Notes: generated by a model from the letters alone, not told the origin. A DNA stretch of 62,945 bases, filler included, from Octopus bimaculoides (GCF_001194135.2; 11 parts of 9 records of this genome joined end to end with filler, not necessarily neighbours in it); one strand, 5' to 3'; positions 23,644 through 38,170 are shown, numbered from the whole stretch's first letter. Made by a program: numbers and translations.

Positions 23644-23858
23644 GACGGTAAGCTGGCAGAAATGTTAGCACGCCGGGCAAAATGCTTAGCGGTATTTCGT
23701 CTGTCTTTACGTTCTGAGTTCAAATTCCGCCAAGGTCGACTTGGCCTTTCACCCTTTCGGGGTTGATAAATTAAGTACCAGTTGCATACTGGGATCAATC
23801 TAATTGACTGGCCCCTTCCCCCAAAATTTCAGGCCTTGTGCTTAGAGTAGAAAAGAAT
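23644..23858 (+). mobile_element. SINE family B
   Basis: Near-complete match to the other family B copies. Confidence 0.9.
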
Positions 23859-24351
23859 CTTTCTTCCTCTTGCTTTTCCCTTGTGAATAGTCTTCATTTA
23901 ACTATCTATCTGTCTATCAAGCGATATGTATATACATACAGCATGGTCCAAAAGTCATGCACCAAAACAGTTGACATTTTATTTATTCCATTGGCATTAT
24001 CATCATCATCATCATCATTATTCAGGTCACTGCCTGGAATCGAAATATAGAACTTTGTGTTCTTCTGTTTAAAATTCTTTGAGAACAACACATGCTTAAA
24101 CAGTTACATCAAGCTCAGGCTTTTGATTTTATGTCTGTTTCTCATGGTAATATCATTATAAACATCTTAAACTTCATTTGAGCGAAGGCACTCTAATAAT
24201 TTACTCGTGAAATTGCATTGTCGTGTGAGCAACATTTTAAAGTAATACTTAGGTAGTAATTAATGCTTTAAAAACAATTAATGTGCACATGCATGTTCAT
24301 TTTGCATGTGTCTCTGTAGAGACAGGCATATGCACAGATGCATGCTCATAC

Positions 24352-24400
<49 letters not shown>

Positions 24401-25284
24401 NNNNNNNNNNNNNNNNNNNNNNNNNNNNNNNNNNNNNNNNNNNNNNNNNNNNNNNNNNNNNNNNNNNNNNNNNNNNNNNNNNNNNNNNNNNNNNNNNNNN
24501 NNNNNNNNNNNNNNNNNNNNNNNNNNNNNNNNNNNNNNNNNNNNNNNNNNNNNNNNNNNNNNNNNNNNNNNNNNNNNNNNNNNNNNNNNNNNNNNNNNNN
24601 NNNNNNNNNNNNNNNNNNNNNNNNNNNNNNNNNNNNNNNNNNNNNNNNNNNNNNNNNNNNNNNNNNNNNNNNNNNNNNNNNNNNNNNNNNNNNNNNNNNN
24701 NNNNNNNNNNNNNNNNNNNNNNNNNNNNNNNNNNNNNNNNNNNNNNNNNNNNNNNNNNNNNNNNNNNNNNNNNNNNNNNNNNNNNNNNNNNNNNNNNNNN
24801 NNNNNNNNNNNNNNNNNNNNNNNNNNNNNNNNNNNNNNNNNNNNNNNNNNNNNNNNNNNNNNNNNNNNNNNNNNNNNNNNNNNNNNNNNNNNNNNNNNNN
24901 NNNNNNNNNNNNNNNNNNNNNNNNNNNNNNNNNNNNNNNNNNNNNNNNNNNNNNNNNNNNNNNNNNNNNNNNNNNNNNNNNNNNNNNNNNNNNNNNNNNN
25001 NNNNNNNNNNNNNNNNNNNNNNNNNNNNNNNNNNNNNNNNNNNNNNNNNNNNNNNNNNNNNNNNNNNNNNNNNNNNNNNNNNNNNNNNNNNNNNNNNNNN
25101 NNNNNNNNNNNNNNNNNNNNNNNNNNNNNNNNNNNNNNNNNNNNNNNNNNNNNNNNNNNNNNNNNNNNNNNNNNNNNNNNNNNNNNNNNNNNNNNNNNNN
25201 NNNNNNNNNNNNNNNNNNNNNNNNNNNNNNNNNNGAAAGCGGACGTTAAACGATGATGATGATGATGATGATATATATATATAT

Positions 25285-25324
<40 letters not shown>

Positions 25325-25455
25325 ACAGGCTTCTCTCAATTTCTGCCTACCAAATCCACTCACAAGGTTTTGGTCAGCCTGAGGCTACAGTAGAAGACGT
25401 TTGCCCAAGGTGCCATGCAGTGGGACTGAACCTGGAACCATGTGGTTAGGAAGCA
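25325..25455 (-). mobile_element. SINE family A, 5' head
   Basis: Reverse complement of the head: ccaaatccactcacaagg...gtgggactgaacc.ggaaccatgtgg. Confidence 0.8.
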
Positions 25456-27917
25456 TCTGCCTATCAACCTATCTATGTATCTACATCTGCCTATGTGCAT
25501 GCATTCGTACCTACCTACATAACTACTGACCCGTGTACCAAATTATCAATTTATACCTGTTTGTACAGCATCTCATGTTATTTTGGTATTGGTATTACAA
25601 AAACAAGCAAACGATACACAATGCAGACATCTCCCGTAAATATTCAGTGAATTATTGGATGGAACTATATTAGAAAGCCATGAGATACTATTCTGAGAAT
25701 GTACCCAATGCTCTGTAGTAGACAAGAGCGGGCACACAACAACAACAAGAACAACAACAATAAGTGCAGCAACTGCAGCTGACTCTTCTCAACATTATCG
25801 GATTCACTCAAGCGTAAACTGTTACACATATGGGCGGCTGGAAATTAAAGTCTCTCAACAGCAGACGTTCGCTGACGGTCAATGAATGTTCCAGAATAAA
25901 TATTATGATGTGGACATGTCAACAATATCTGGAAGCTTAATGAAGCAGAAAGGAAATGTTGACAAAAAAACATTGGATGAGGTGGGAGGAGAGATTTGGT
26001 GGTGGTGGTGGCGGCGGCGGCGGTGGTGGTGTTGATGGGTGGGTGGGACAGGGAATGAGTGNNNNNNNNNNNNNNNNNNNNNNNNNNNNNNNNNNNNNNN
26101 NNNNNTTAATTAATTAANNNNNNNNNNNNNNNNNNNNNNNNNNNNNNNNNNNNNNNNNNNNTATATATATATATATCAAACTGCTTTTGTCGATATCCAC
26201 TTCCACAACATATCCAGGCTATTCCGGGTCGTCCTCACGTTGATGTAAATGTGTATGCAGTGGAAATGCATGTGTTGTTTATAACGTGAGCGCCAAAACG
26301 TGCGACGGCAGAGGAGTAAGTGTGGAAGAGAAAGTGCATGCACCCTTCGTACATGAATACGTTCGATCCCACGCGCGCGCGCGTGTGTGTATATGTGTAT
26401 ATGTGTGATAGATTGCATTAATGTGTCCTCTTGTGTGGATCGCCATTGTATGGTAACACATATTATGTGCCTGAAAGACGTCATGTGTGAGTATGTGTGT
26501 GCTTTCTCTCTTGGAATTCCTGGGTATTTATATATATCTGGTCATTTTGTGCTGAAGATGACACCAGATTTTAACAAGTGTTAGGTGCATAAAGCAGTAA
26601 TTTATTGAAGTAAAGTTTGAAATAATTTAAAAATTTGTATCTATATTTCTGCTATATCTACCGCAAGATCATGTTTGTTATCCCATAGCTATTATCAGAA
26701 TAGAGTTTTGAGATGATTTTGAATTCTTGTATATAGATTACGATATAATTTGAATAACATTTGCCGTGGTACATTATTATGTGCTACCTAATTTTCACAC
26801 ACATTTCCAGCGGATATGATTGAAATCAGCAATTGAATAAGAAAACTTGATTTCAAACAGAATGACTCAATAATTTCATCATTGACTGCAGGACTTCAGA
26901 ATGATTCCCACTGAAAGCAATACACACTCTCAATCATTGGAAGGTGTGAAAATGTGTGTAAAATAAAGCAAAATAAAATAAACATAAATATAAAAGAATA
27001 CGCTTGGATGTTAACATTTTTTCGATGTTGACCTTTAATTTAAGCACATACAACTGCAAATGCATGACTAAGGGAATAAAATACGGAATAATAGAAAGGA
27101 GGGGAAATACACCAAATAAATCAAATCTGCTCTGATGAATTCAAGAGCGTGTTTTATTGGAAATATCTCAATGTCGACACTAAATTGACAGAATGTGGAT
27201 ATATCAAGAGAAATAATCAATTTGATTTGCAACAAACTTAGTGCGCGCTTTCTCAGAGCAAGCAATAATCTATATATTTAATTTTTCGTTATATAATTGA
27301 AAGAGAAAATTTATTATAAATTTTCTTGTAGAAATTCAGTTTGAGATAAAAAGAGTATATATGTATTGAAATATAACAGACACAAAACATTTAATTTATT
27401 ATTGAGAAAGCTGTCATTGCTAATAAGATCATTTCGTTCAGAGTCATGCCTATAGGAGTTAATCTCCGGATGCGTGTGTGTAAAATTAAAAAGCGAACGT
27501 AAATTAAAACATAGAGTGGGATAAATTTTATTATCCAACGTCGACTAAATTCTCAGCTTAGAAGACAGTATGGATGACTTCAGCGGTTACATTCCTGTCC
27601 TACTATATTTATAGCAGTCAAAGTTTTGTCTCTATAAGCTATGTTAAATTGGATTCACTGTTGTCTGTACTGGCAGGACTATACCGCTTAGCGTGGAGAA
27701 AGTTTATTGAGATACTTTAAAAGGGAATAGAAAAGTGTCAATCACCCCGTAGTAAGTATATATTATTTGAAGGTGAATATTTATTGCAGACTAAATTAGT
27801 AAGGCGAGGCAATGTGTAATTGTTCGTACCGTGCTGCACCTCCCATACACATTCAGTCTCATTCATTTACATACACGCACACACACACATACACACACAC
27901 ATACGCACACACACACG

Positions 27918-27959
<42 letters not shown>

Positions 27960-30588
27960 ATATTGCTCAGCTGGTCCATATCTTATGGGACCTGAAAGTG
28001 TCAAATGTAAAGTTAAACACGGTGGAATTTGAACTAAGAAGTAAAGAAAGATGGAATGCCGTTAAACGTTTTGACTGGACTTAATAATGGGTCTGCCAAT
28101 TTACTGTCTTACATCCTCCAAATGTTAGCATAGGTCCTGCAAATAACTTGTGTTGTATCGACACCAAGATGTAAAATACACGTCGGCAAAATTTGAAACT
28201 GAAACTGAAAGATGCAAGAAATGTCGTTAATCATTTTCTCGGCGTTTTATGAATACTTGCAGCTCACCACATTTCATAGTATGGACTCAATAAAAATAAT
28301 TTTCCTGCGGCAAAGAAGTGTTACCATGCAGAACAAGAGCTTTTAAAATTACTATTGTATATCAGACATTGTTATTCATAAAGATGCAAATAAAAGGGAC
28401 GTTACTGAAACTGTATTTCACATAGTTCTCATTGCAAATGAATTTTAAAAAATCGGTCTTTTGTGGATAGGATTTGGGCATATATAGGAGACATAACTGA
28501 CTGTATTTTTTGAAAGACATATCTTAGTTATTCACACCTATTCTGGGATCGGTGGACACATGCCACGTGTTTGTTCATAGAAGCTACAAATATATGCTAA
28601 GGTGGAAGTATGGACACTATATATAATTATATTTCTTTGGTCATCTCAGCTCAACAATTAATATAGATTCGAGAAAAGTAATGAATTCATGTGGTTTCTG
28701 TTATTCAAGGGCGTTCCATAATTTTTGGCATACTAATATATTCCGTAGAAATGACTATACCGAATTCGTCAAATAATTACGAATACTGTGGAACGTTTCT
28801 GATAACTGCATAATATATGATAGAATTATTTTGCTACTTCTTCGGTATGTTTAGCAATTGTATACAAATAGCTTTATATTTTGATTTCACATTCGTTACA
28901 TATGTGAGGTTACGTTCGATATACATATAAAAAAAAAAATGCAATTGATTACGCATAAATGATTTCTGAAATGCATTTATATGTAAATTTTATGCGAAAC
29001 GTATGAACATATTTTCAGAACTTAATATATAACATTTGAATTTAATAATTTTGGTATCAATTATTAGTTAATATTAAGTTCTCATAGAAAATGAAATAAA
29101 AAATGAACACTTTCAACACCAAATATTCAGTAATATTTGCAATAATGTCTTTTATGTTATAAAATTTCTCTCAGATGTTTAAATTCGTTTGATAAAAATA
29201 TAAATTCACGAAATGCTAATATCTTCATTGCATTTACATATACACACTTTCTATAAAAATTTCAATATATTCGTAAATTGATAGATTTATTTGATTTGTT
29301 TGGCCTCGTATTAAAAATGTCTTTGATATTGTGTAATGGCCAGACACTATCGCCCGCTAATAACGTGCAGTGACAAATAAAACCTGCTGATGCGATTGAA
29401 AAGGATGCGGTTTCGTATTTTCAGTCCCAACCTACATGCCCAATAGCATGTCCTGTCACTAAAGCTACCAAACTTTTATTCACAAAAAACTCCAAGAATA
29501 ATCATCAATTTTAGTGAAAATTTACGACATGGCTTAATAAACATTTGCTTAACTTGTAATTAAACGTAATTTGCTTAACTTGTAATTAACACGTAATTAA
29601 AATAATTGCATTTAGTGCATGTCGAAATTTAAAGCTTCATGTATAAACCCACGGATGCCTTGTACCATTCAACATAGACATTTTAAGCAACAACGTAACA
29701 ACAAACGACACCGCAATATGACCAAATAAATGCGTCTTCAAATGATTAACAATTTATATTGTACTAGTTCTTTTAAATATTTTCTGAACAAAATGATAAC
29801 ACTTTTATAGAAATGTATAATACATGTATGTATGCATAGATGTGCTCCAGCATGGCTACACCGTTGAGCTGAAATCTATAAAAAAAATAAAACAATAGAC
29901 AAATGCACACATATATGCATGAACACGCACACATATGTATATATAGTAAATTGAAATGTTATAGGTGTTTAGAACATTTGAATTCGTAACTGAATTATTG
30001 AATATGATTTTTTTCTTATGAGATAAATGGACAATGTGGTGTGTCTTTTATTATCTGAATATATTAATTTCTGTTACAGAACTGCATTCTACGTCTTATA
30101 ATGCTACAATGTTTGCTAATTCCTTTTTAAGGAATTCCAATAAACATTAACTATTTGTACAAATATGATAAAGTTGTCTTCGCACAATTGATATTACGTA
30201 AGTTGCTGCTACACGTTTAAAAATTAAACGCATCGTCATACACATTTGCATACATGCACAGAAAGATATCGTTCGAATTTTAAACCATATACATGTTACA
30301 AACGGAAATAAGCGAGATGCACATATCATCTGGAATAGAATCATCATAACAGAACTGTATATTAATTGACTCCCTTCTCGCTCTCTATCCAATGTTCAAC
30401 ATTCATTACTGCTATCTTAGGGAGATAAACTATGATACATCTTGTTCTGTGCATTGTCACCTATACCTGCTTTGTAATTTAATTTTAAGACTCGGCAATA
30501 ATTTGAAGTTATAGTCAACATCATCGGTCGCACTACTTATACTCAAACACACGCATACACACACACAAACACACATACACACACACAT

Positions 30589-30633
<45 letters not shown>

Positions 30634-31546
30634 NNNNNNNNNNNNNNNNNNNNNNNNNNNNNNNNNNNNNNNNNNNNNNNNNNNNNNNNNNNNNNNNNNN
30701 NNNNNNNNNNNNNNNNNNNNNNNNNNNNNNNNNNNNNNNNNNNNNNNNNNNNNNNNNNNNNNNNNNNNNNNNNNNNNNNNNNNNNNNNNNNNNNNNNNNN
30801 NNNNNNNNNNNNNNNNNNNNNNNNNNNNNNNNNNNNNNNNNNNNNNTATATATATGGAAACTTAAGGTGGGGAGGGAACGCTAGTAATTTTCAAACACTG
30901 CTAAGACGTCATTGGAGGAGAAAGAGAGTGAAGGAAGAGATAAAATGAATGAAAGGAGTAATGGAGGTATAAACGAATAGAAAGTGAATGACAGATAGAT
31001 ATAGAAGATGAACGGAAAGAATAGGAAGTGTGGAATGAAAAAGAGAAAGCTAAATTTGTAGCTATTATTTGGTAAGGTAATATTTCTATTTCTGAAAATT
31101 AGTGAATGTGACTCGATGAATATATATAAATACACCCCCGGAAAGACAATCAAAGGCGACGCCTTTGACAGGACACTTTACATACTAGAAAGAGTATGAT
31201 ATTATGTTAAACTTTCGTATGTCCAAATTTGTTCAAATGCGTTTTTTCCAATTCTTAAATGTTGGTTGCCATAGTCAGTTCTTTTGGTCTGCTTTAGAAG
31301 CCAGATATGAAAATTGTCAAATGCGTACTACAACACTTTATCACATTTCAAAAGTGTAGTAAGACTCACATACGACAGTTTTGCAAAAATATTTATGGCT
31401 GAAAATATCATACATGCATGCAGTAACAATTGTGTGCACTCATCAAATTATTATTGTTAACCTGCACGAGTTGTTTATGTAAAAAGAAATGGAATGGTGA
31501 AAGCATCTTTTCGTTTTTATGAAAAGCAATATATATGTATGTAGAA

Positions 31547-31745
31547 AGCGGCGAGGTAGCAAAATCGTTAGAACGCCGGGCGAAATGCTTTGCGGTATTT
31601 CGTCTGTCTTTACGATCCGTGGTCGACTTTGCCTTTCAAATGTTCGTGGTCGATAGATTAAGTACCAGTTGCGTATTGAGTTCTATCCAATCGACAGAAC
31701 CCTTCCCCCAAAATTTCGGGCCTTGTGCCTAGATTAGAAAAGAAA
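31547..31745 (+). mobile_element. SINE family B with an internal deletion
   Basis: gcggcgaggtagcaaaatcgttagaacgccgggcgaaatgc...gggccttgtgcctagattagaaaag. Confidence 0.85.
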
Positions 31746-34034
31746 ATAATATATATGTATACACGTGTGTATGTCCGTGGGTATCCGTGTGTGTGTGTGT
31801 GCACTTAACACATTATTTGTATTCGGTTGTATACCATGAAAGTGTAGGATATCTTATATTTATTACATTTAGGAGTGAAAGATCAAATAAGACTTTTACA
31901 TAGCAAAACAGTCCTGAGATCCTAGTTGAGGAATAGTGTAAATGCCTTTTTTTAAAAAAATAGATTACTCATTCATTAAAAAAATTGTAACAATTCCTTA
32001 AATTGAAACTGCTGCAACGGCTCCTTGGTTTTAATTTCTTTTAGGATTACTTGTTTATTTCACTTTGAGTGGATATTCATCTTTTACATTGTAGCTTTCA
32101 ATGTGAAAGGTTTATCATCTTAAGCTTCAAATGGAGTTATCTTCTTATGTCTGTCCTAGGGAGCTAATTAGTTCTCTTGGCAATTAAGTCATTTCTTTTG
32201 TACTTGTGCCATTCAGAAAAGAAACATAAACACAAACACAAGGAATACCGTAAAGTCTAAAATTGAATTTAAAAGTTTAAAATGTTCGAAAATGTTCTTA
32301 AAAAGAAGTTCTATATTCATTTGTTCATAACACAGCAATTTTTATTGTGTTTTCTTTGAAGTTAGCATATATTTTTTGTTCATGTTATATTTCTAATGTA
32401 CCATGGGAAACGAGTATTCCTTTGTTTCAACTATAATGCATCAATTCACTGTGCTTGTAATTTGAATTTATAAATACAAAACAAAAACACATTTGTGTTA
32501 TCAGGCTTTCATTCAATGCATTAGTGTAAATGTGTTTACGTGCACTTTAAGTCACATCTTTCAATATAATGAATAAATGAAAACTACAATGAAAATAATA
32601 TTATTTTAACGTGATTTTTTTTGTATGGAGTTATTATTTCATCTAACATCACAAACAAGTCAATGCTATGTATAATATTTTCTAAGTTAGGTTCTTGGAG
32701 AGAATTTTTAAATGCACGGAGGTAATCGACACTCTCGACATCTCTACCTATCTTGTGCATCATTTTATTGACAGGAAAGGATAAAACGCAGATGGGACGT
32801 CAGGTTCATTTTGAATACAGTGCATAAGCAATCAGAGTCAGTGCAGCAAAGTTGTTTCCTCTTCCACCGGCGTTAGATATTTAATATAAATTGGAGTGCT
32901 AGCAATTTGGGGTGTTTTGGTTAATATTAAAAGTAATTTCAGTAATCATTATTTTATATGAATTACATATGAAGTAAACATGCGTGGTCCAGTGTTAGGG
33001 AGTTACGTTAGTAGTTGTCGGATTGTGTGAGAGCGACTCACGGACCAAGAAGTAAGTTGTCTTATTCATTTGTAGTTTTTCTAGTGCTGTGTGCAGACCG
33101 CAATGTAAGAACAGACCGCTACGTCTATGTGTCGTAAAAATGTGCTTAAAAGACGATGAGGTAGGAATTGCACTCCCGCAATGTAAAATGTTCACTAGTA
33201 ATGAAAAGTGCCACCACACACATTCGTTGGAAGGTTGTCTTCTGAGTCTTGCAACGGGCCATCCGCCAGCAGTAAGGAAATGCCCGGACGCAGCATCATA
33301 TTGTCTCGAATATACCGTAACACACACACACATGACACAGCCTCACACGCACGCACAGACACGATTTCTCTCTCTTTGTATTGCACTCTCTCTCTCTCTC
33401 CCTCTCTATAAGTCAAAACACCTCTGAGAGAATTTTACAACTATGTTCATACGTTTAGCAACTTTTGTTATGTAATATTTCTAGTAGCAGGAATATTTGC
33501 AAATGAAAATATAGTAAAGCAATTTACAATGGATACGAAATCAATTACACTAATGAATAAAATGCTAAATGAAATCAGTACTTACGAGTTACTATCCATA
33601 AACAGCACTTAAATTATATGATATATTATTAATATTTCGTTTAATATGTTTAAGTAAATGCTTACAAACCAATTTATATATGCGTGTCCACTTGACTTAA
33701 GGAACTATATTGCATTGCATAATAAAGGGGTGTGTAGCGATTATCGTATATCATCATTATAGACGTGTTTTATTTAATTTAATTTCTTTGTGATGAATAA
33801 ATATCCATAAAGATCGACATTTAAAATAATCATTTTTATGTGGAATATTTCTTTCGACGCTTCGTTTCCTTTTATTCACTGGTACATAATCATTTCTCTT
33901 TCAGTCGTTTCTTCCGTAAGACTAATGCTATGCTGGTGCACAGCTTTGAAGAGTTCTTACCGAACAAATGCATCCCAGTACAGTCCTTTACTTTCTGAAG
34001 CATGATACTGACGCTATTGGTCACCTTTCTCGAC

Positions 34035-34317
34035 ACGTTATATTATATCATATTATATTATATTATATTATATTATATTATATCATATCATATCATATCA
34101 TATCATATCATATCATATCATATGATATCATATCATATCATATCATATCATATCATATCATATTATATTATATTATATCATAGTATATTATATTATATTA
34201 TATTATGTCATATTATATTATGTCGTATCATATTATATTATATTATATAATATTATATCATATCATATTATATTATATCATATTATATCATATTATATTA
34301 TATTATATTATATTATA
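34035..34317. repeat. Compound pentanucleotide microsatellite (ATATT)n/(ATATC)n
   Basis: Directly visible. Confidence 0.97.
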
Positions 34318-34337
34318 GCAGAGCCTCCAGCAAATAA

Positions 34338-34373
34338 GATCTGAAGAAGGAATTCTAATTCCGAAATATCATC
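34338..34373 (+). ncRNA. Candidate minimal type I hammerhead ribozyme motif
   Basis: gat-CTGAAGA-a-GGAAT-tcta-ATTCC-GAAA-tat-c-atc: catalytic core, perfect 5-bp stem II, palindromic ATAT stem III, AUC cleavage triplet and 3-bp stem I. Confidence 0.5.
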
Positions 34374-35967
34374 GGACTATAGATAACCAAGTTACAACAG
34401 GTATATAGCCCATTTTTTTGTTCTATGGTGCATTGTTATACCTTTCTAAACAATGCCTCAAGCGAACTACAATACTCTCTTATATATATATATATATGAA
34501 TTTGAACTCAGAGTATAGAGACAGATGGAATGCCTCTAAGTATTTTGCCCGCGTTGTAAGGTTTCTGCCAGCTCGCAGGCTTGAAGCTCGGGAAAAATGG
34601 TAAGGTGTCTTACGTTTCGAGCCTACGCTCTACCACAGAAATGTAAAAGAGAAAATAGAGGGAGAATGATAAAAACAATGTGTTGTGTTTCGGTGCTCCA
34701 TAGTTTCTCGTAATCTATACACTTTATATTGGCTTTGTTACTGATTTTGTAAGAGTTGATGTGTACTGACCACGAGGAAAGTAAACAGAGTGAGTGAGAG
34801 TAGCCGGAATAGCACTGTATATATAACATTTCTTTACCAAATGTCTATACGTTTTATATAATATTTTTATGTTGTACATGCTTGTACATAATATGTTTTC
34901 ATATAGTTGTAACGCAACCGTTTTCTATTAAACGGAACATCCCTCGCTTCTCTACCTAAAATTGAAGCGTAGTACTCCACGTCTTCTATTATTAATCACT
35001 AAAATATAAAATAGATTTGTATTGGTTTCACAACCCAGAAGAAATCTATTGATGTATTTCTGAAAATGTCTCGCCTTGTCACAATTAAAAACGGAGGTAT
35101 TATTGCGGAGACAATTTTGTATGAAATTTATCGTGCAGGTTATATACATTAGATTGGTCATAAGAGATTATAACCGTCCCCTAATACTTTTGTTCAATAT
35201 CTTAATTCCTCAAACTTATTTCTTGTGTTCTACTATTATTTTTATTCTTCCTCTTAGACGGCCCAAAAATACTAGATAAATTGTTCGAGAAAAGTAGGAA
35301 TACCGGTGTTTAAATTTTATGTATTTCTTGCAGTTAAAGAACTTGCTTTTCAACATATCAATATATAATTTTGCAAGAAAAAAGGTGTTACGTATATGGA
35401 GAGTAGAACATTATTGGTTCTTAAAATTGTCATAAGTTCAAAACAACATAGTTTGAAAAGTAAGTAGAAAGAAAGCGAAGATATTTTTACCACAAAGTTA
35501 ACAATAATGCATACTACATTGCTACTACAATTTGCAAAGCATTTGGTTGATTCTCTGTGAGTACTCATCCTCCGAATCTAGCATCTCGTTTGGCGTCTTG
35601 AATTAAATCATTGAAATTCGTTTATTGTGCCTGAATGTGAGAAGTTGCATAAATTACATAGCTATTTTTTTGCGAGGTGTAATGACTATGCTGAAAATGT
35701 CCGCATGTGGATTTTTCACGTTTCTTTCTATTGTTTTTCTGTAAAACAAGAAATTGCACAAAGACAAGAATTAACTTCCAGCCTTTTGAAGACAGAGCAT
35801 GAACCAATATGTATGCAGGTCTAGAGATGTTTTGATGATGCAGGATACATAAAAGGAAAAGCATATANNNNNNNNNNNNNNNNNNNNNNNNNNNNNNNNN
35901 NNNNNNNNNNNTTAATTAATTAANNNNNNNNNNNNNNNNNNNNNNNNNNNNNNNNNNNNNNNNNNNN

Positions 35968-36002
<35 letters not shown>

Positions 36003-36169
36003 TATATATACACACACACACACACATACATACCTATATACATACATGTATACATATAATACGCGCACACACGCACACACACGCACCTGTACTTCTATGT
36101 TAAATATATTTTTATCTCTCTGCTTGCATGTACATATCTACTTATTATTTTGTGCATCCGTCTGCATAC

Positions 36170-36205
<36 letters not shown>

Positions 36206-36301
36206 CATATCTGTTTTAAGGCAAAGAAACACTAGACAGATGCCCAAGGGCCAAACATTTCTAAGGACCCAATTCTTATTTACGTATGCTGTAGTTTGCC
36301 A

Positions 36302-36336
<35 letters not shown>

Positions 36337-36779
36337 AGGGTCATTACGCTGATTTGCTCGAGGCCAATAATGCTGCTGAGACGGTCCTGGCATGTATTTG
36401 TGTAGAGTGTTATATAATTATGCATAGCATAATTTTACCACAAATCGAACAGACATCCGGGAAACCACGGTGACAGAATAAGTATTTCATCGCAATTGAA
36501 AAAACAAAAACAAAACAATGTCAACATGTAGGTGCTTCGATAAACCACCATGGAATTAACATGTATAAAATGGGGTGAGAACACGAGTGTTTAGACAAGC
36601 TGATATAAAATATTAATTTTGTAGTATCTGGAACAAGTTTCACGTTTTGAAGCTGAAACTTAGATGCTATGAACATTAGTTGCAGATATAAATTACTCTT
36701 ATATGTGTACATAAAAGGTGTTCCTAGCAATTCCCCACACCCCTGTTTTGTTGTATGCCTAAATGAATTGATATACATT

Positions 36780-36817
<38 letters not shown>

Positions 36818-36872
36818 TGTGTGTGTGTGTATACATATATATATACATATATATAGAAATATTCATAGATAA

Positions 36873-36908
<36 letters not shown>

Positions 36909-37325
36909 GTAGAGATACAGTGAGATAAATCGAGGTGAAAAAGATATTGTTATATTTCGGGATATATATGTGCGCGTGCGCGCGTGCAAAAGGAACTGAT
37001 AAAATAAGAACTAGGGTGGAGTCGATTCATTCGGCTAAAATGTCTTCAAGGCGGTACCCCAACATGGCCGCAGACTAAAGACTGAAGTAAGTACACAAAA
37101 AAGAAAAAAATGGGTATAGATATATACAAACATACGTGCATCCATAATATACATAGAAAGATTGAGATATAAAGAAAGAGAAGTAAATATATATACGTAT
37201 GTATTTATGTATGTATGTAGTTGTTATATCTTCCGTACTGAATATATATATATATATCCGTCTTTTATAAAGTAGAAGGGATATATTTATTTAGTAAATA
37301 ATATACATACATACATACACACACG

Positions 37326-37371
<46 letters not shown>

Positions 37372-37633
37372 GATATATATATATACATATATATAATATA
37401 TATACATATATATGTATAAATAATATATATATATATATTATATTCATATATATATANNNNNNNNNNNNNNNNNNNNNNNNNNNNNNNNNNNNNNNNNNNN
37501 NNNNNNNNNNNNNNNNNNNNNNNNNNNNNNNNNNNNNNNNNNNNNNNNNNNNNNNNNNNNNNNNNNNNNNNNNNNNNNNNNNNNNNNNNNNNNNNNNNNN
37601 NNNNNNNNNNNNNNNNNNNNNNNNNNNNNNNNN

Positions 37634-37702
<69 letters not shown>

Positions 37703-37971
37703 CACGCACTCATACACACACATGTATTTATATATGTATAGATAGATAGACGGGTGAGTGGACAAACGAAAGAGACTAGCATTCAACACATTTAGCGGGG
37801 GTTATATTATTTAAAACCATTTTATTTGGCCCTATGCAACATAAAGTTTCGTCGGTTCATCTCCGGAACCCTGCTCGTCGAACTCATGTAGGTGAATTCG
37901 GCTACCTAAACCAGACAAGATCTGTTTCTCAAAGGAGCCTTCGCTTAAGTTGCATGGGTTCCAATGTTTCA

Positions 37972-38009
<38 letters not shown>

Positions 38010-38010
<1 letters not shown>

Positions 38011-38170
38011 CCTTTCTACTGTAGGTACAATGCTTGAAAGTTTGGGGGAGGGAACTATTCGATCACATCGACTCCAGTGTTTCACTGGTACTTAATTTAT
38101 CGACTCTGAAAGAATAACAGGCTAAGTCGACCTCGGCAGCATTTGAACTCAGAACGTAAAGAAATGCCGC
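38010..38170 (-). mobile_element. SINE family B, diverged
   Basis: ggtacttaatttatcgac...aagtcgacctcggcagcatttgaactcagaacgta. Confidence 0.8.

Noticed and set aside
25575-25790. Minus-strand hydrophobic frame AAVAALIVVVLVVVVCPLLSTTEHWVHS resembling a claudin/TARP N-terminus
   Set aside because: The hydrophobic run is a translated (AAC)n repeat. There is no start codon or convincing splice sites.
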